Part shown: one piece after another, positions 1 through 8,979 of the stretch
How positions within the stretch are numbered: position 1 is the first letter of the stretch
Layout: every line of letters starts with the position of its first letter
Assembly: GCA_965205535.1 (NCBI GenBank)
Contig: CBDBHH010000005.1
Location: 2,140,672-2,204,671, forward strand
Origin: Alphaproteobacteria bacterium
GTDB lineage: Bacteria > Pseudomonadota > Alphaproteobacteria > UBA6615
DNA: 64,000 bases
Direction of reading: 5' to 3'
Translations under genes and position numbers: made by a program
The notes under the pieces: model-generated
Database searches by the model: none
What the model was told of the DNA's origin: nothing
The model's input: the letters and a program-made list of their open reading frames with translations, nothing else

Positions 1-639
1 CGCCTTGAGGGCGTCGGACATATTGTCGTCGCGATAATTGATCGCCGCGTCGAAGCCCAGTTTATCGATGCAGAGTGCGGCTTTTTCCGCGCTGCCGGTA
101 AAGCCGACCGTGCGACAGCCCTTGATCTGGGCAATCTGACCGACCGCAGAGCCCACCGCGCCGGCGGCCGCGGATACGACGACTGTGTCGCCGGATTGCG
201 GTGCACAAACATCAGTGAACCCGAAATAGGCCGTCACACCGTTCAGCCCCAGCACGCCCAGCGCGAGTGACGACGGCAAATCGTCCTCCTCGACCTTGCG
301 GTCGACATCACTGCCGTCGCTCACCGCATAGCGTTGCCAGCCGAACATGCCGGATACGACATCGCCCTCCGCGTAGTCGCCATGCCGGCTCGCCTCGACG
401 GTCCCGACGGCAAAGGAGCGCATCACTGCCCCGATCTCGACCGGCGGGATATAGTTCGGCGCGTCATTGGCCCAGCCGCGCATGGCCGGGTCGACCGACC
501 GGTATTCGGTCTTGATGAGGAATTCACCGTCACCGATATCCGGCACGTCGGCATCCTCAACCGTGAAATGCGACGCCTCTGGTACGCCCTTTGGTCGGCT
601 CGACAAAAGCACACGCCGGTTTACGAGATTCGAGCTCAT
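1..639 (-). CDS. NADP-dependent oxidoreductase, medium-chain dehydrogenase/reductase family (YncB/CurA-like); C-terminal part lies outside the window
   Basis: My own minus-strand translation from CAT at 637-639 gives MSSNLVNRRVLLSSRPKGVPEASHFTVEDADVPDIGDGEFLIKTEYRSVDPAMRGWANDAP...VVSAAAGAVGSAVGQIAQIKG (nucleotide-binding glycine motif). The frame stays open to nt 1. It is absent from the ORF track because there is no stop in the window. Confidence 0.7.
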   Translation of the reverse strand, partial: MSSNLVNRRVLLSSRPKGVPEASHFTVEDADVPDIGDGEFLIKTEYRSVDPAMRGWANDAPNYIPPVEIGAVMRSFAVGTVEASRHGDYAEGDVVSGMFGWQRYAVSDGSDVDRKVEEDDLPSSLALGVLGLNGVTAYFGFTDVCAPQSGDTVVVSAAAGAVGSAVGQIAQIKGCRTVGFTGSAEKAALCIDKLGFDAAINYRDDNMSDALKA

Positions 640-691
640 GTCACATTTTCCTTCTCAAAAGGTGAGGTTGCCAAGTCGGCAGCCGAAAGTG

Positions 692-1681
692 CTAGGCATT
701 GACCGTCAGCATGATGCGGCCGAAATGCTTGTTTGCGGCGGCGCGCGCCAGTGCGGCGGGCGCTTCTGAAATATCGAAGGTGCTGTCGATCGGCATTTTG
801 AATTTGCCGGCGTCGAGCGCATCCCACAAATCCGCGCGTGCGCGTCGGAATACCTCGGCATGCTCTTCCAGCGAGCGCGTGCGGCCGGTGGTGCCGATAT
901 AGGTCAGGCGCCGTTCGGCATGCATGTTGAAATCGAACTCCGCGACTTCGCCGCCGAGCCGGCCGACATTGATAATGCGCCCGTGGACCTTCGTCGCCGC
1001 CATGTTCTGATTGGCGGCATAGCCGGAGATCTGGTCGATGATCAGATCGACGCCCTTGCCGTCTGTCGCCTCAAGCACCTGATCGACCCAAGCCGGGTCG
1101 CTCGAATCCAGCGCCATGTCGGCACCGAACTCGGTGAGCCGCGCGCGGCGTTCGTCATTGGTCGAAGTGCCAATCACCAGGCTGGCGCCCAGATGTTTGC
1201 CGAACTGCATGCCCATGATGCCGACGCCGGTGCTGCCGCCCTGAATCAGGATTGATTGGCCGGATTTGAATTCGCCGTTGGTGACGATGGCGTCATGCAT
1301 CGTCAGGAAGGCCGAGGAAATCGTGCCGCCCTGGATGAGATCCATATGGTCGGGGACGGGGAGCGTCCGGCGGTAATCCGAGACCGCATACTCGGCCCAG
1401 CCCCCCGCGCCGACGCCCATCACCCGGTCGCCGACCGTGATGCCGCTGGTCTCCGCACCCACTTCGACGACTTCCCCGCAGAAGGCCGCGCCCATGACCT
1501 TGGCCGCGCCGCCAACATGGCCGTAATTCTTGCCCTGGGTGGTCAGCAGATCCGAGCGGTTCACGCTGCAGCTCGCGACCTTGATGATAACCTGGGTCGG
1601 CTTCATCTCGGGACGGTCGACCTGGGCGATATCAACGCCGTTTTCGGTGAGCACGACGGCCTGCATTTGGTTGTCGGACAT
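692..1681 (-). CDS. Quinone oxidoreductase / zinc-type alcohol dehydrogenase-like (MDR superfamily)
   Basis: ORF 692..1705. Internal ATG at 1681 (MSDNQMQAVVL...) is preceded by GGAGGAGAGG 6 nt upstream. MDR-like motifs GDRVMG and QGGSTGVGIMGMQ. Confidence 0.8.
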   Translation of the reverse strand: MSDNQMQAVVLTENGVDIAQVDRPEMKPTQVIIKVASCSVNRSDLLTTQGKNYGHVGGAAKVMGAAFCGEVVEVGAETSGITVGDRVMGVGAGGWAEYAVSDYRRTLPVPDHMDLIQGGTISSAFLTMHDAIVTNGEFKSGQSILIQGGSTGVGIMGMQFGKHLGASLVIGTSTNDERRARLTEFGADMALDSSDPAWVDQVLEATDGKGVDLIIDQISGYAANQNMAATKVHGRIINVGRLGGEVAEFDFNMHAERRLTYIGTTGRTRSLEEHAEVFRRARADLWDALDAGKFKMPIDSTFDISEAPAALARAAANKHFGRIMLTVNA

Positions 1682-1861
1682 GGTTTGCCTCTCCTCCGGT
1701 GTCACGTGAATTCACGGGGCACACAATTGCGTTCGATGAGTATATCTGTTCCGAACGGAAACTCTGTTCGCCGGTTTGGCGATAGAGTGACAGGATACAT
1801 TTGCTGCTGGCAAACGAGATATCTTGAGAACTCACACAAGGTAATTTAATCTGACCTCCTT

Positions 1862-2794
1862 ATGTATGAACTCCCGCCGCTCAATGGATAGCGCGCCTTC
1901 GAGGCCGCCGCACGGAACCTCAGCTTTGCAAAAGCCGCAGAGGAACTGCACGTCACGCCGGCGGCGGTGAGCTATCAGATCCGTGCGCTCGAAACCAAGC
2001 TTGGGGTGAAGTTATTCCGGCGGCTGAACCGCGCGGTTGTTCTGACGGACGCCGGTGCAAAGATATTCCCCGGGGTTCGCAGCAGTTTCGAAGGGTTGCA
2101 CCGCGCGGTCGCGCGGGCCGGGACATCCGCAATGTCGGATCGCGTCGTGACGGCAACGATTTCCCCGCATTTCGCCGCGAAATGGCTGGTGCCGCGCCTG
2201 ACAGGGTTCATCGAGCGTCACCCGGATATCGACTTGCGCATCGCCGCGAGCAACACGGTCGTCGATCTGGATACGGACAGGGCCGATGTCGCGATCCGTT
2301 ACAATCTCGGCAACAATGCCGGGTTCGTTGCGGAGAAGCTGATGGACGAGGCGGTGACACCCATGTGCACCCCTGAACTGCTGGGCGGCCCGCACCCAAT
2401 TCGCACACCGGCCGACCTGCGCCACCACACGCTGATTCACGATGACACCCTGTCGCGGCACTGGCCTGACGTGCCTGCCTGGTCGAAATGGTTATCGCTT
2501 GCTGGCGAGCCCGAGCGCGACGCGAGCGCGGGGCTGCACTTCGACCATGCCGATCACTGTATGGACGCCGCCCTGCAAGGGTCGGGAATCATACTGGGGC
2601 GGCGTGCAATGGCGAGCCGCGATATTGAGCTGGGTCGCCTGGTCGCACCGTTCGATCTGCACCTGCCATTCGAGGGCGGCATGTACAGCGTGACAACGGA
2701 AGAAAAGGCGACCAACCCGGACGTGGCGGCGTTCCGCGACTGGCTGCGCGAAGAGGCGGCTGCCATGCGGACGGGCCTGCCGCCGGAGGCGTAA
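1862..2794 (+). pseudogene. LysR-family (GcvA-like) transcriptional regulator interrupted by an in-frame TAG at codon 10 (1889-1891)
   Basis: ATG 1862 reads [43 protein letters not shown]..., in frame with track ORF 1967..2794. That ORF starts only at a GTG inside the winged HTH. It sits divergent to the oxidoreductase gene, as is typical for LysR regulators. Confidence 0.65.
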
Positions 2795-2803
2795 GCGCAA
2801 GTC

Positions 2804-3709
2804 TCAGGTCAGGCGGTAGAATGTTTCGGCAGTGTCGTGGAAGAACGCCCGCTGTTCCGCTGCCGTACGATCCGCCAGCGCGGCCCGGCACAAGGCCACC
2901 ACCTTGTCGTAAGTGAGCATCAGCTTCTCGACGGGGAAATTACTCCCGAAGAAACAGCGCTCGGCGCCGAACATGTCGATCAGCGCGTTGTATTGCCGCG
3001 ACACCGCGGCGAGCGGCCGGGGCGTTTCCCAGTTGATGACATTCGGGCCGGAGCACTTCACCGACAGGTTTTCGAATTTGGCCAACGGCTCGATCGCCCG
3101 CCGCCAGTCGTCGAATGTTTCGTCGTCATCGCCCGTCAGCAGGCCGCCATGGACCAGGCAGAAGCGCAGGCCCGGGTGGCCGGCGACGAGCTCGGCGAAG
3201 ATGTCGAACTGGTTGGCGAAGCCCTGGAGTTCAAAATGCACATCGCGAGCCTCGAGGGCCTTCAGCCCGCGCCTGAATTCGGGCGACATACAGAAATCCG
3301 GCCGGTCGACAACCTGCCAGACCGACTTGTCGGGATGCCAGGCGACCACATGGCGAATGCCCCTGAAATTGGGAAAAGCGAGATGCCCGTCCAGTACCTC
3401 GCCGATGTCGTCGCCCGCGATGTTGGCATGGCCGACGATCCCGTGGGGAAAGCCGTGTTCGTCGGCGACCCCTTGCAACCACCGTGTCTCGCCCACATGG
3501 TCCGGCGGGTTGTGATGCGCCTGTTCGTGGACCGACTTGACCACATTGTTGTCGCCGAAATCGGCCAGCAAATCGTCGATCAGATAGTCCTGGCGCAGCA
3601 ACTCATACTCGGGACCGAAGATCTTCGGGGAGGGGGGCGCCGTCAGCCACGGATAGTTTGCCACCACCCAGATGTGGTGGTGGGTGTCGATGATCGGGCC
3701 GTCATACAC
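2804..3709 (-). CDS. Amidohydrolase-2 family metal-dependent hydrolase (PF04909-like)
   Basis: 301 aa. N-terminal IIDTHHHIW metal-binding signature, plus later HxxxxH/D elements typical of TIM-barrel amidohydrolases and lactonases. Confidence 0.75.
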   Translation of the reverse strand: MYDGPIIDTHHHIWVVANYPWLTAPPSPKIFGPEYELLRQDYLIDDLLADFGDNNVVKSVHEQAHHNPPDHVGETRWLQGVADEHGFPHGIVGHANIAGDDIGEVLDGHLAFPNFRGIRHVVAWHPDKSVWQVVDRPDFCMSPEFRRGLKALEARDVHFELQGFANQFDIFAELVAGHPGLRFCLVHGGLLTGDDDETFDDWRRAIEPLAKFENLSVKCSGPNVINWETPRPLAAVSRQYNALIDMFGAERCFFGSNFPVEKLMLTYDKVVALCRAALADRTAAEQRAFFHDTAETFYRLT

Positions 3710-3733
3710 CGGCCGCGCTCCCGTGCGGTTTGC

Positions 3734-4765
3734 CTACCAGCCCGCCAGTTCTAGATTTTCGGGCCCGGGCTCGATCTCGCCCGCATGGATGCGCCGGCTA
3801 AGCTCCGTGATACCCGCGCAAACCGGCGCAGGCCGGCCCATCCGCGCGCACTCCTCGGCAACCAGTCCCTGGATCATCTCGGTCTCGCAGAGGCGGCCCT
3901 TCATGTGATCCTGCAGGGTCGTATTGACCGGCCCCGGCCCGATGTCTTCCAGGATTTTGTCGAGCAGGGTCTCAAGCAAATTGTTGGTGTTGGTGACATC
4001 CTCCGGTTTCAGGCCGAAGACCGGAACGATCTTGTAATCGAGATTCTGGCCGACGGCCAACGCCTCTTCGCCGGCCTGCAGGAACCATTTGCGCGCGCGT
4101 TGTTCATATTCGGAGCCGTTGCCTTTGAGTACCTGTTCGGGGGTGCCGCCGAGGACGGCCATGGAGCCCATGATCATGGCGTTGACGATCAGTTTCACCC
4201 ATTTCGCCGACAGAATATCGTCGATCACTTCGACGGTGCCGGTGTGGGCGCAGAGCTCGGCAATCAGGTCGACATGACGCGCCTGGGAGGGGTCGAATGC
4301 GCCGACACCGAACCATGTGTGGTCCTTGCTGGTGCTGCGGCGGACCTCGCCGGGGTCGAACAATTGGGACGCGAGCTCGACAACGCAGCCCAGCGTGCGC
4401 TCGATGCCGACGACTTCGGCAATCATCTCCGCGGTCATGGCGTTCTGGACGCCGACGACCACACCGTCTTCGGCGACGTAGGGCTCGATGAGATGGGTCA
4501 GCCAGGTCGTGTCATAGGCCTTCGAGACCAGCAGCACGACGTCGAACTTCTCGGTGAAGGTGCAAACGTCGCTGAGATGGAATGCATTGACCGGAATATT
4601 CGTCTCGTCTTCCTTGTCTTTGATCGTCAGCCCGTTGGCGCGCAACGCCTCCACATGTTCTGCCCACATGTCGATCATGGTGACGTCGAGGCCCGCGCCG
4701 ATCAGGTCGCTCGCGATAACGCTGCCATTCGCGCCGGTGCCGAGTATTGCGATCTTCTTGTCCAT
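3734..4765 (-). CDS. 2-dehydropantoate 2-reductase (ketopantoate reductase, ApbA/PanE) family oxidoreductase
   Basis: ORF 3734..4798. Start chosen at 4765 (MDKKIAILGTGANGS, Rossmann GxGxxG), preceded by AAGGGTGGGA. KPR-family C-terminal pattern SAKWVKLIVNA. Confidence 0.8.
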   Translation of the reverse strand: MDKKIAILGTGANGSVIASDLIGAGLDVTMIDMWAEHVEALRANGLTIKDKEDETNIPVNAFHLSDVCTFTEKFDVVLLVSKAYDTTWLTHLIEPYVAEDGVVVGVQNAMTAEMIAEVVGIERTLGCVVELASQLFDPGEVRRSTSKDHTWFGVGAFDPSQARHVDLIAELCAHTGTVEVIDDILSAKWVKLIVNAMIMGSMAVLGGTPEQVLKGNGSEYEQRARKWFLQAGEEALAVGQNLDYKIVPVFGLKPEDVTNTNNLLETLLDKILEDIGPGPVNTTLQDHMKGRLCETEMIQGLVAEECARMGRPAPVCAGITELSRRIHAGEIEPGPENLELAGW

Positions 4766-4871
4766 GTTCCCACCCTTGTTTTCCACCCTTTGTTTCACAG
4801 GGCTTGGTCACGTTACCGCGCGGCAGCGTGAAAATACATCATCACGATACGGAGGTTGCAGGCCGCACGAA

Positions 4872-5693
4872 CTAGCGATCCCAACCCCACCAGGCGCAAA
4901 CGGCATCACCCATCACCAGGCGCTGATCGTCTGCATCGAGCCACGGCATTTCGTCGGTGAACATCTCGATACATTTGCGCCAGGAGCAGGGCATCTTGGT
5001 GATATCCGTACCCCAGAATGTGCGGTCCGGCCCGAATGCATCGAATATCTGACGGACATAATCCTGCATGATCGGGAAGGGGTAGCGCTCGCTGGAATAG
5101 CTGGGCGCGCCGGTCGCCTTGACCGCAACATTCGGGTGTTTCGCCAGGGCCAGGAGCGCCGGCATGTGAGCCATCGCCTCGTGATCTTTCAGGGGCGTGA
5201 GGCCGCCACGGCCGCCCAAATGGTCGATCGTGAGCCGCAATCCTGGATGGCGTTCGGCCACGTCGCTGATCACGTCCATGGAATCGGTCGCCATCAATGT
5301 GATGGGGATTCCTGCTTCTTCCGCGCCCTGCCACAGCCAGGCGAGTTCGCCGTCGCGCAGCCATTGGCGCTCCCGCTCACCGATCAGGATATATCGCAGA
5401 CCGAGCAGGCCCGGCTGATCGCGCAGGTTGGCGAGTTGGTCTCGCGAGGCAGGGTCATCGAGGGGCAGTTCGCCGAGCATCGCGAACCGGTCGGGATATG
5501 CCGCCACGGCGTTTGCGGCGACCTGAAAACATTCGTGATCCCAGTGCACCAGGTGGATGACGGCGGCGTCCACGCCGGCCTCATCCATCAAGGCGATCGC
5601 TTCCTCCGCCGGAAACGACGTCACTTGCCGATGGGACATGTTGCTGGGCAGGCCGTTGTTCCACAGATGTATCTGTGCATCGACGATCGGCAT
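4872..5693 (-). CDS. Amidohydrolase-2 family metal-dependent hydrolase (PF04909-like), paralog of 2804..3709
   Basis: 273 aa. The N-terminus MPIVDAQIHLW is the same metal-site signature class. Confidence 0.75.
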   Translation of the reverse strand: MPIVDAQIHLWNNGLPSNMSHRQVTSFPAEEAIALMDEAGVDAAVIHLVHWDHECFQVAANAVAAYPDRFAMLGELPLDDPASRDQLANLRDQPGLLGLRYILIGERERQWLRDGELAWLWQGAEEAGIPITLMATDSMDVISDVAERHPGLRLTIDHLGGRGGLTPLKDHEAMAHMPALLALAKHPNVAVKATGAPSYSSERYPFPIMQDYVRQIFDAFGPDRTFWGTDITKMPCSWRKCIEMFTDEMPWLDADDQRLVMGDAVCAWWGWDR

Positions 5694-5895
5694 TCTGGGG
5701 GCGCTCCGGCTGGCTTTGAGGCTTGAAACCGGTGTTATGGAGCCTGTTCCTCGATGCGAATGTCAATTCTATCCCGTACGCGATCGGACCTTCGATAGAC
5801 AGCCTCTCCGGCGCTCCCTAGACTTCTTCGGCGGTCTGCGCGCGTTTGTACGTGTCGTGTGACTAGGGGAAGTCAACAAATGCGAGGAGGCTGTC

Positions 5896-7275
5896 ATGGA
5901 AGTGCTGAGTAACATCGTTAGCGAAATAAACGGCGTCGTCTGGGGCCCGCTGATGCTCGCCCTGATTTTGGGTGTCGGCCTGTACCTGCAGATCGGACTG
6001 CGGTTCATGCCGATTATCAAGCTGGTGCAGGGCTTCAAGCTTCTGTGGGGTGGCCGCGAGAAGGGCGGTGACGGCGAAATCAGCCCGTTCAATGCGCTGA
6101 TGACGTCGCTGTCAGCCACGATCGGTACCGGTAATATTGCCGGTGTCGCGACGGCCGTGTTCCTTGGTGGTCCCGGCGCGTTGTTCTGGATGTGGATGAC
6201 CGCGCTGGTCGGCATGGCAACCAAATACGCCGAAGCGGTCTGCGCTGTGCGCTATCGCGAAGTCGACGAGCTGGGCAACCATGTCGGCGGGCCGATGTAT
6301 TACATCAAGAACGGTCTCTCCAGCCGCTGGTTCTGGCTCGCGCCGACATTTGCGCTATTCGGCGCGATCGCCGGGTTCGGCATCGGCAACACTGTCCAGG
6401 CGAACTCCGTCGCCAGTGTCGTCAACGATACGTTTGGCATTGCGCCGCTTCTCACGGGTCTTGTCCTGCTGGGCCTCACCGCCGCCGTAATTCTGGGCGG
6501 TATCCAGCGTATCGGCGCGGTTGCCGGCAAGCTGGTGCCCTTCATGGCCACGGCTTACATTTTGTGTGGCGCCATTGTGTTGATCATCAACATCACCGAG
6601 ATTCCGGCCGCGATCGCACTCGTCGTGCAACACGCATTTACCCCGGCCGCAGCCGAAGGCGGTTTCGCGGGCGCGGCGGTGTGGGCCGCAATCCGGTTCG
6701 GTGTCGCGCGCGGTGTGTTCTCGAACGAAGCCGGCCTGGGTTCGGCGCCGATCGCTCACGCGGCGGCGGCGACCAAGGGTCCTGTGAACCAGGGCCTGAT
6801 CGCCATGTTGGGAACGTTCATCGATACGCTGATCGTCTGCTCGATCACCGGTCTGGCGATCATCACCACCGGTGTATGGACAAGCGGCAAAACGGGCGCG
6901 GCACTCACATCCGCAGCGTTTGAGGTCTCATTGCCAGGGGTCGGCGGGATCATGGTCGCCGTGGTTCTGGCGATCTTCGCGTTCACGACGATCCTGGGCT
7001 GGAGCTTCTACAGCGAGAAGTGCGTGACGTTCTTCTTTGGCGTCAAAGCAATCATCCCGTTCAGAATTCTGTGGTGTGTCGCCGTACCAATTGGCGCGAC
7101 GGCCGACCTGGGATTCATCTGGCTGTTGGCCGATACGTTGAATGCCCTGATGGCGTTGCCGAACCTGATTGCGCTGGCGCTATTGAGCCCGATTGTGTTC
7201 AAGCTCACGAAGGACTTCTTCGCCAACGGGATGCAGGAAACGCCCATTCCGAAGGAGAGCGGCGAAGAGTCGTAG
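5896..7275 (+). CDS. Alanine/glycine:cation (sodium) symporter, AGCS family
   Basis: 459 aa polytopic membrane protein. FNALMTSLSATIGTGNIAGVATAV and SNEAGLGSAPIAHAAA are characteristic AGCS motifs. RBS GAGGAGG lies upstream. Confidence 0.9.
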   Translation: MEVLSNIVSEINGVVWGPLMLALILGVGLYLQIGLRFMPIIKLVQGFKLLWGGREKGGDGEISPFNALMTSLSATIGTGNIAGVATAVFLGGPGALFWMWMTALVGMATKYAEAVCAVRYREVDELGNHVGGPMYYIKNGLSSRWFWLAPTFALFGAIAGFGIGNTVQANSVASVVNDTFGIAPLLTGLVLLGLTAAVILGGIQRIGAVAGKLVPFMATAYILCGAIVLIINITEIPAAIALVVQHAFTPAAAEGGFAGAAVWAAIRFGVARGVFSNEAGLGSAPIAHAAAATKGPVNQGLIAMLGTFIDTLIVCSITGLAIITTGVWTSGKTGAALTSAAFEVSLPGVGGIMVAVVLAIFAFTTILGWSFYSEKCVTFFFGVKAIIPFRILWCVAVPIGATADLGFIWLLADTLNALMALPNLIALALLSPIVFKLTKDFFANGMQETPIPKESGEES

Positions 7276-7303
7276 CCTGCCATTCCAACGGAACCAGTTT
7301 GAT

Positions 7304-7335
7304 GTTCCCCCTCCCGACGTAGCGGGAGGGGGAAC
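7304..7335 (+). terminator. Perfect 13-bp stem hairpin downstream of the symporter gene (no clear U-tract)
   Basis: GTTCCCCCTCCCG (7304-7316), loop ACGTAG, CGGGAGGGGGAAC (7323-7335). The arms are exact reverse complements. Confidence 0.4.
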
Positions 7336-7358
7336 CCTTCGAGCGGAAGGACGAGGAT

Positions 7359-7769
7359 ATGTATAAGAAAATATTGCTGCCGATTGATCACACCGACGCG
7401 AACTCATGGGAAAAGGCGTTGCCGCTGGCGCGCGAGGAGGCGGCGCATCACGGGGCCGAGCTCCAGGTGGTAACCGTGATTCCCGAGATACTGAAACTGC
7501 CGAACCTGCCGGACAATTACGGCGACGGTGCCGCGGATTTCGTGAAGGAAGAAATCACCAAGCTGGTCCAGGCTTCGGGTGATGCGCTGCCGGTGACGGT
7601 TCTCCAGGGCAGCGTCTATCGCGAGATTCTCAAGGAAGCCCATGCGCAGGATATAGACCTGATCATCATGGCTTCGGCCAAGGGCGACTTTCCCGACTAT
7701 GTGCTCGGACCGAATGTTTCGCGCGTCGTACGCCACGCCAATTGCTCGGTTCACGTCGTCCGGCTTTGA
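7359..7769 (+). CDS. Universal stress protein (UspA family)
   Basis: 136 aa. MYKKILLPIDHTD... N-terminus and C-terminal GPNVSRVVRHANCSVHVVR pattern typical of Usp. RBS GGAAGGACGAGG. Confidence 0.85.
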   Translation: MYKKILLPIDHTDANSWEKALPLAREEAAHHGAELQVVTVIPEILKLPNLPDNYGDGAADFVKEEITKLVQASGDALPVTVLQGSVYREILKEAHAQDIDLIIMASAKGDFPDYVLGPNVSRVVRHANCSVHVVRL

Positions 7770-7795
7770 TTTCGAAACCGGCTCGTTGCTGGTGA

Positions 7796-8173
7796 ATGGC
7801 GAAATTCGGGAATATCACTCCGCCGCAACAGGAACTTGGACCAACCCAAAGATTTCGCTTGGAGAAGCCAAAGGGCGGAAATTCGGGTGTGCCGGCAGTT
7901 GAGATAACTGGTACTTCGGAGTTCTCGGTGTCGGACATCGATGCACCTGAAGGAAACCCGGTTGGAAGGCCACCTCAAGCCAGACATGCGGCCATTATTT
8001 TTCTTCGGGGGGTGCTATCGAGCGGGCGCAAAAGGGCTAAGGATGTCCAAGACCAAGCGGCCGACAACGGAATTTCACGCGAGACACTTAACCGCGCGAA
8101 AGACGACCTGAAGGTCAGTGTTAAGAAGCAGGGCCGATACTGGTACTGGGCGCTGAGCGAGGCCGCGATCTGA
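7796..8173 (+). pseudogene. Probable C-terminal fragment of a mobile-element replication/primase-associated protein (wHTH tail)
   Basis: 125-aa ORF with TGA immediately upstream in frame. The tail GRPPQARHAAIIFLRGVLSSGRKRAKDVQDQAADNGISRETLNRAKDDLKVSVKKQGRYWYWAL resembles the C-terminal wHTH of RepA-like or P4-primase-associated proteins. No ATPase or primase part is present. Confidence 0.35.
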
Positions 8174-8176
8174 ATT

Positions 8177-8220
8177 CAACATTGTCAAAATTGGTGTAAG
8201 GGGGAGTTTTGACGATGTTG
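8177..8220. repeat. 14-bp inverted repeat (1 mismatch) with 16-nt spacer immediately after ORF 7796..8173; possible terminator or operator
   Basis: CAACATTGTCAAAA (8177-8190) against TTTTGACGATGTTG (8207-8220). Confidence 0.35.
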
Positions 8221-8429
8221 ATATTTGGTCGCTGGAAGTGACTGAGCACCGCACTAGGCCGTCCTCAGGTCGCCCCTGAGAGCCCTCTGGACGTTGCGCC
8301 GGAGGTGTTCCAGGGTCGGTGCTCCAACGTCGCTGTGCCGCCGATTTTGACGCCTTGGGCCTACGGCAAAAATATCGGGTTGCCGTTCGAGGCGCCCTCC
8401 CCGATCACGATAGCAACGGATTCTATTTC

Positions 8430-8831
8430 ATGGCCGAATATCATCAACACTTGACGATAGAAGCTGAGGAAGCGGTCATTTACCTGATCACGAACTATGA
8501 CGGCAAAAAGGGCCTAGGGCGTTTCTATATCGGTCTCCGTGAATTCCAAGGAGGACCGCCGCCATTCGAATACACCTACGACTACGGTGCTCATAATGCA
8601 GAGTGGCAGGATGACTTCTCGGATGAACAGCGGGTCCAGCATGTTCTAGACCATGCGCTAGAGGCAATCGTTGTTCATCGGTGCGATCTGGTCCAGGTCG
8701 TTCGTGAGGTTTGCAAGGTTCGTCAGGTCCATAACTACACTGAAGACTCTATCTCTCTCAGACGAACCTTCTCTAATGTACTTATAGGGACCGCGAACGA
8801 AGACTGGTCGCCAAGCTCTAGTAAGGATTGA
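8430..8831 (+). CDS. Hypothetical protein (no recognisable domain); start uncertain (GTG 8319 or ATG 8430)
   Basis: Track ORF 8319..8831. AT-richer coding-looking stretch MAEYHQHLTIEAEEAVIYLITNYDGKKGLGRFYIGL... No obvious SD and no motif I can assign. Confidence 0.35.
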   Translation: MAEYHQHLTIEAEEAVIYLITNYDGKKGLGRFYIGLREFQGGPPPFEYTYDYGAHNAEWQDDFSDEQRVQHVLDHALEAIVVHRCDLVQVVREVCKVRQVHNYTEDSISLRRTFSNVLIGTANEDWSPSSSKD

Positions 8832-8979
8832 TCCCAAGGAAAACGGGTATCTTCAAAGTAGATGGTTTGGGTACCCTTTCCGATATTGGACTCATGGGCT
8901 GGGACAGATCAGTATTGCCGCGATGCCATGGGTTTGAGATCGACGCTTAAGTTGCGGAGAGTATGGGGCAAGAACTGAG

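Noticed and set aside
7884-7900. Possible attL-type direct repeat of the tRNA-Thr 3' end (GTGCCGGC shared with 18952-18959).
   Set aside because: Only 8 nt match, divergence follows immediately, and the match lies inside an ORF. That is too short to distinguish from chance by eye.
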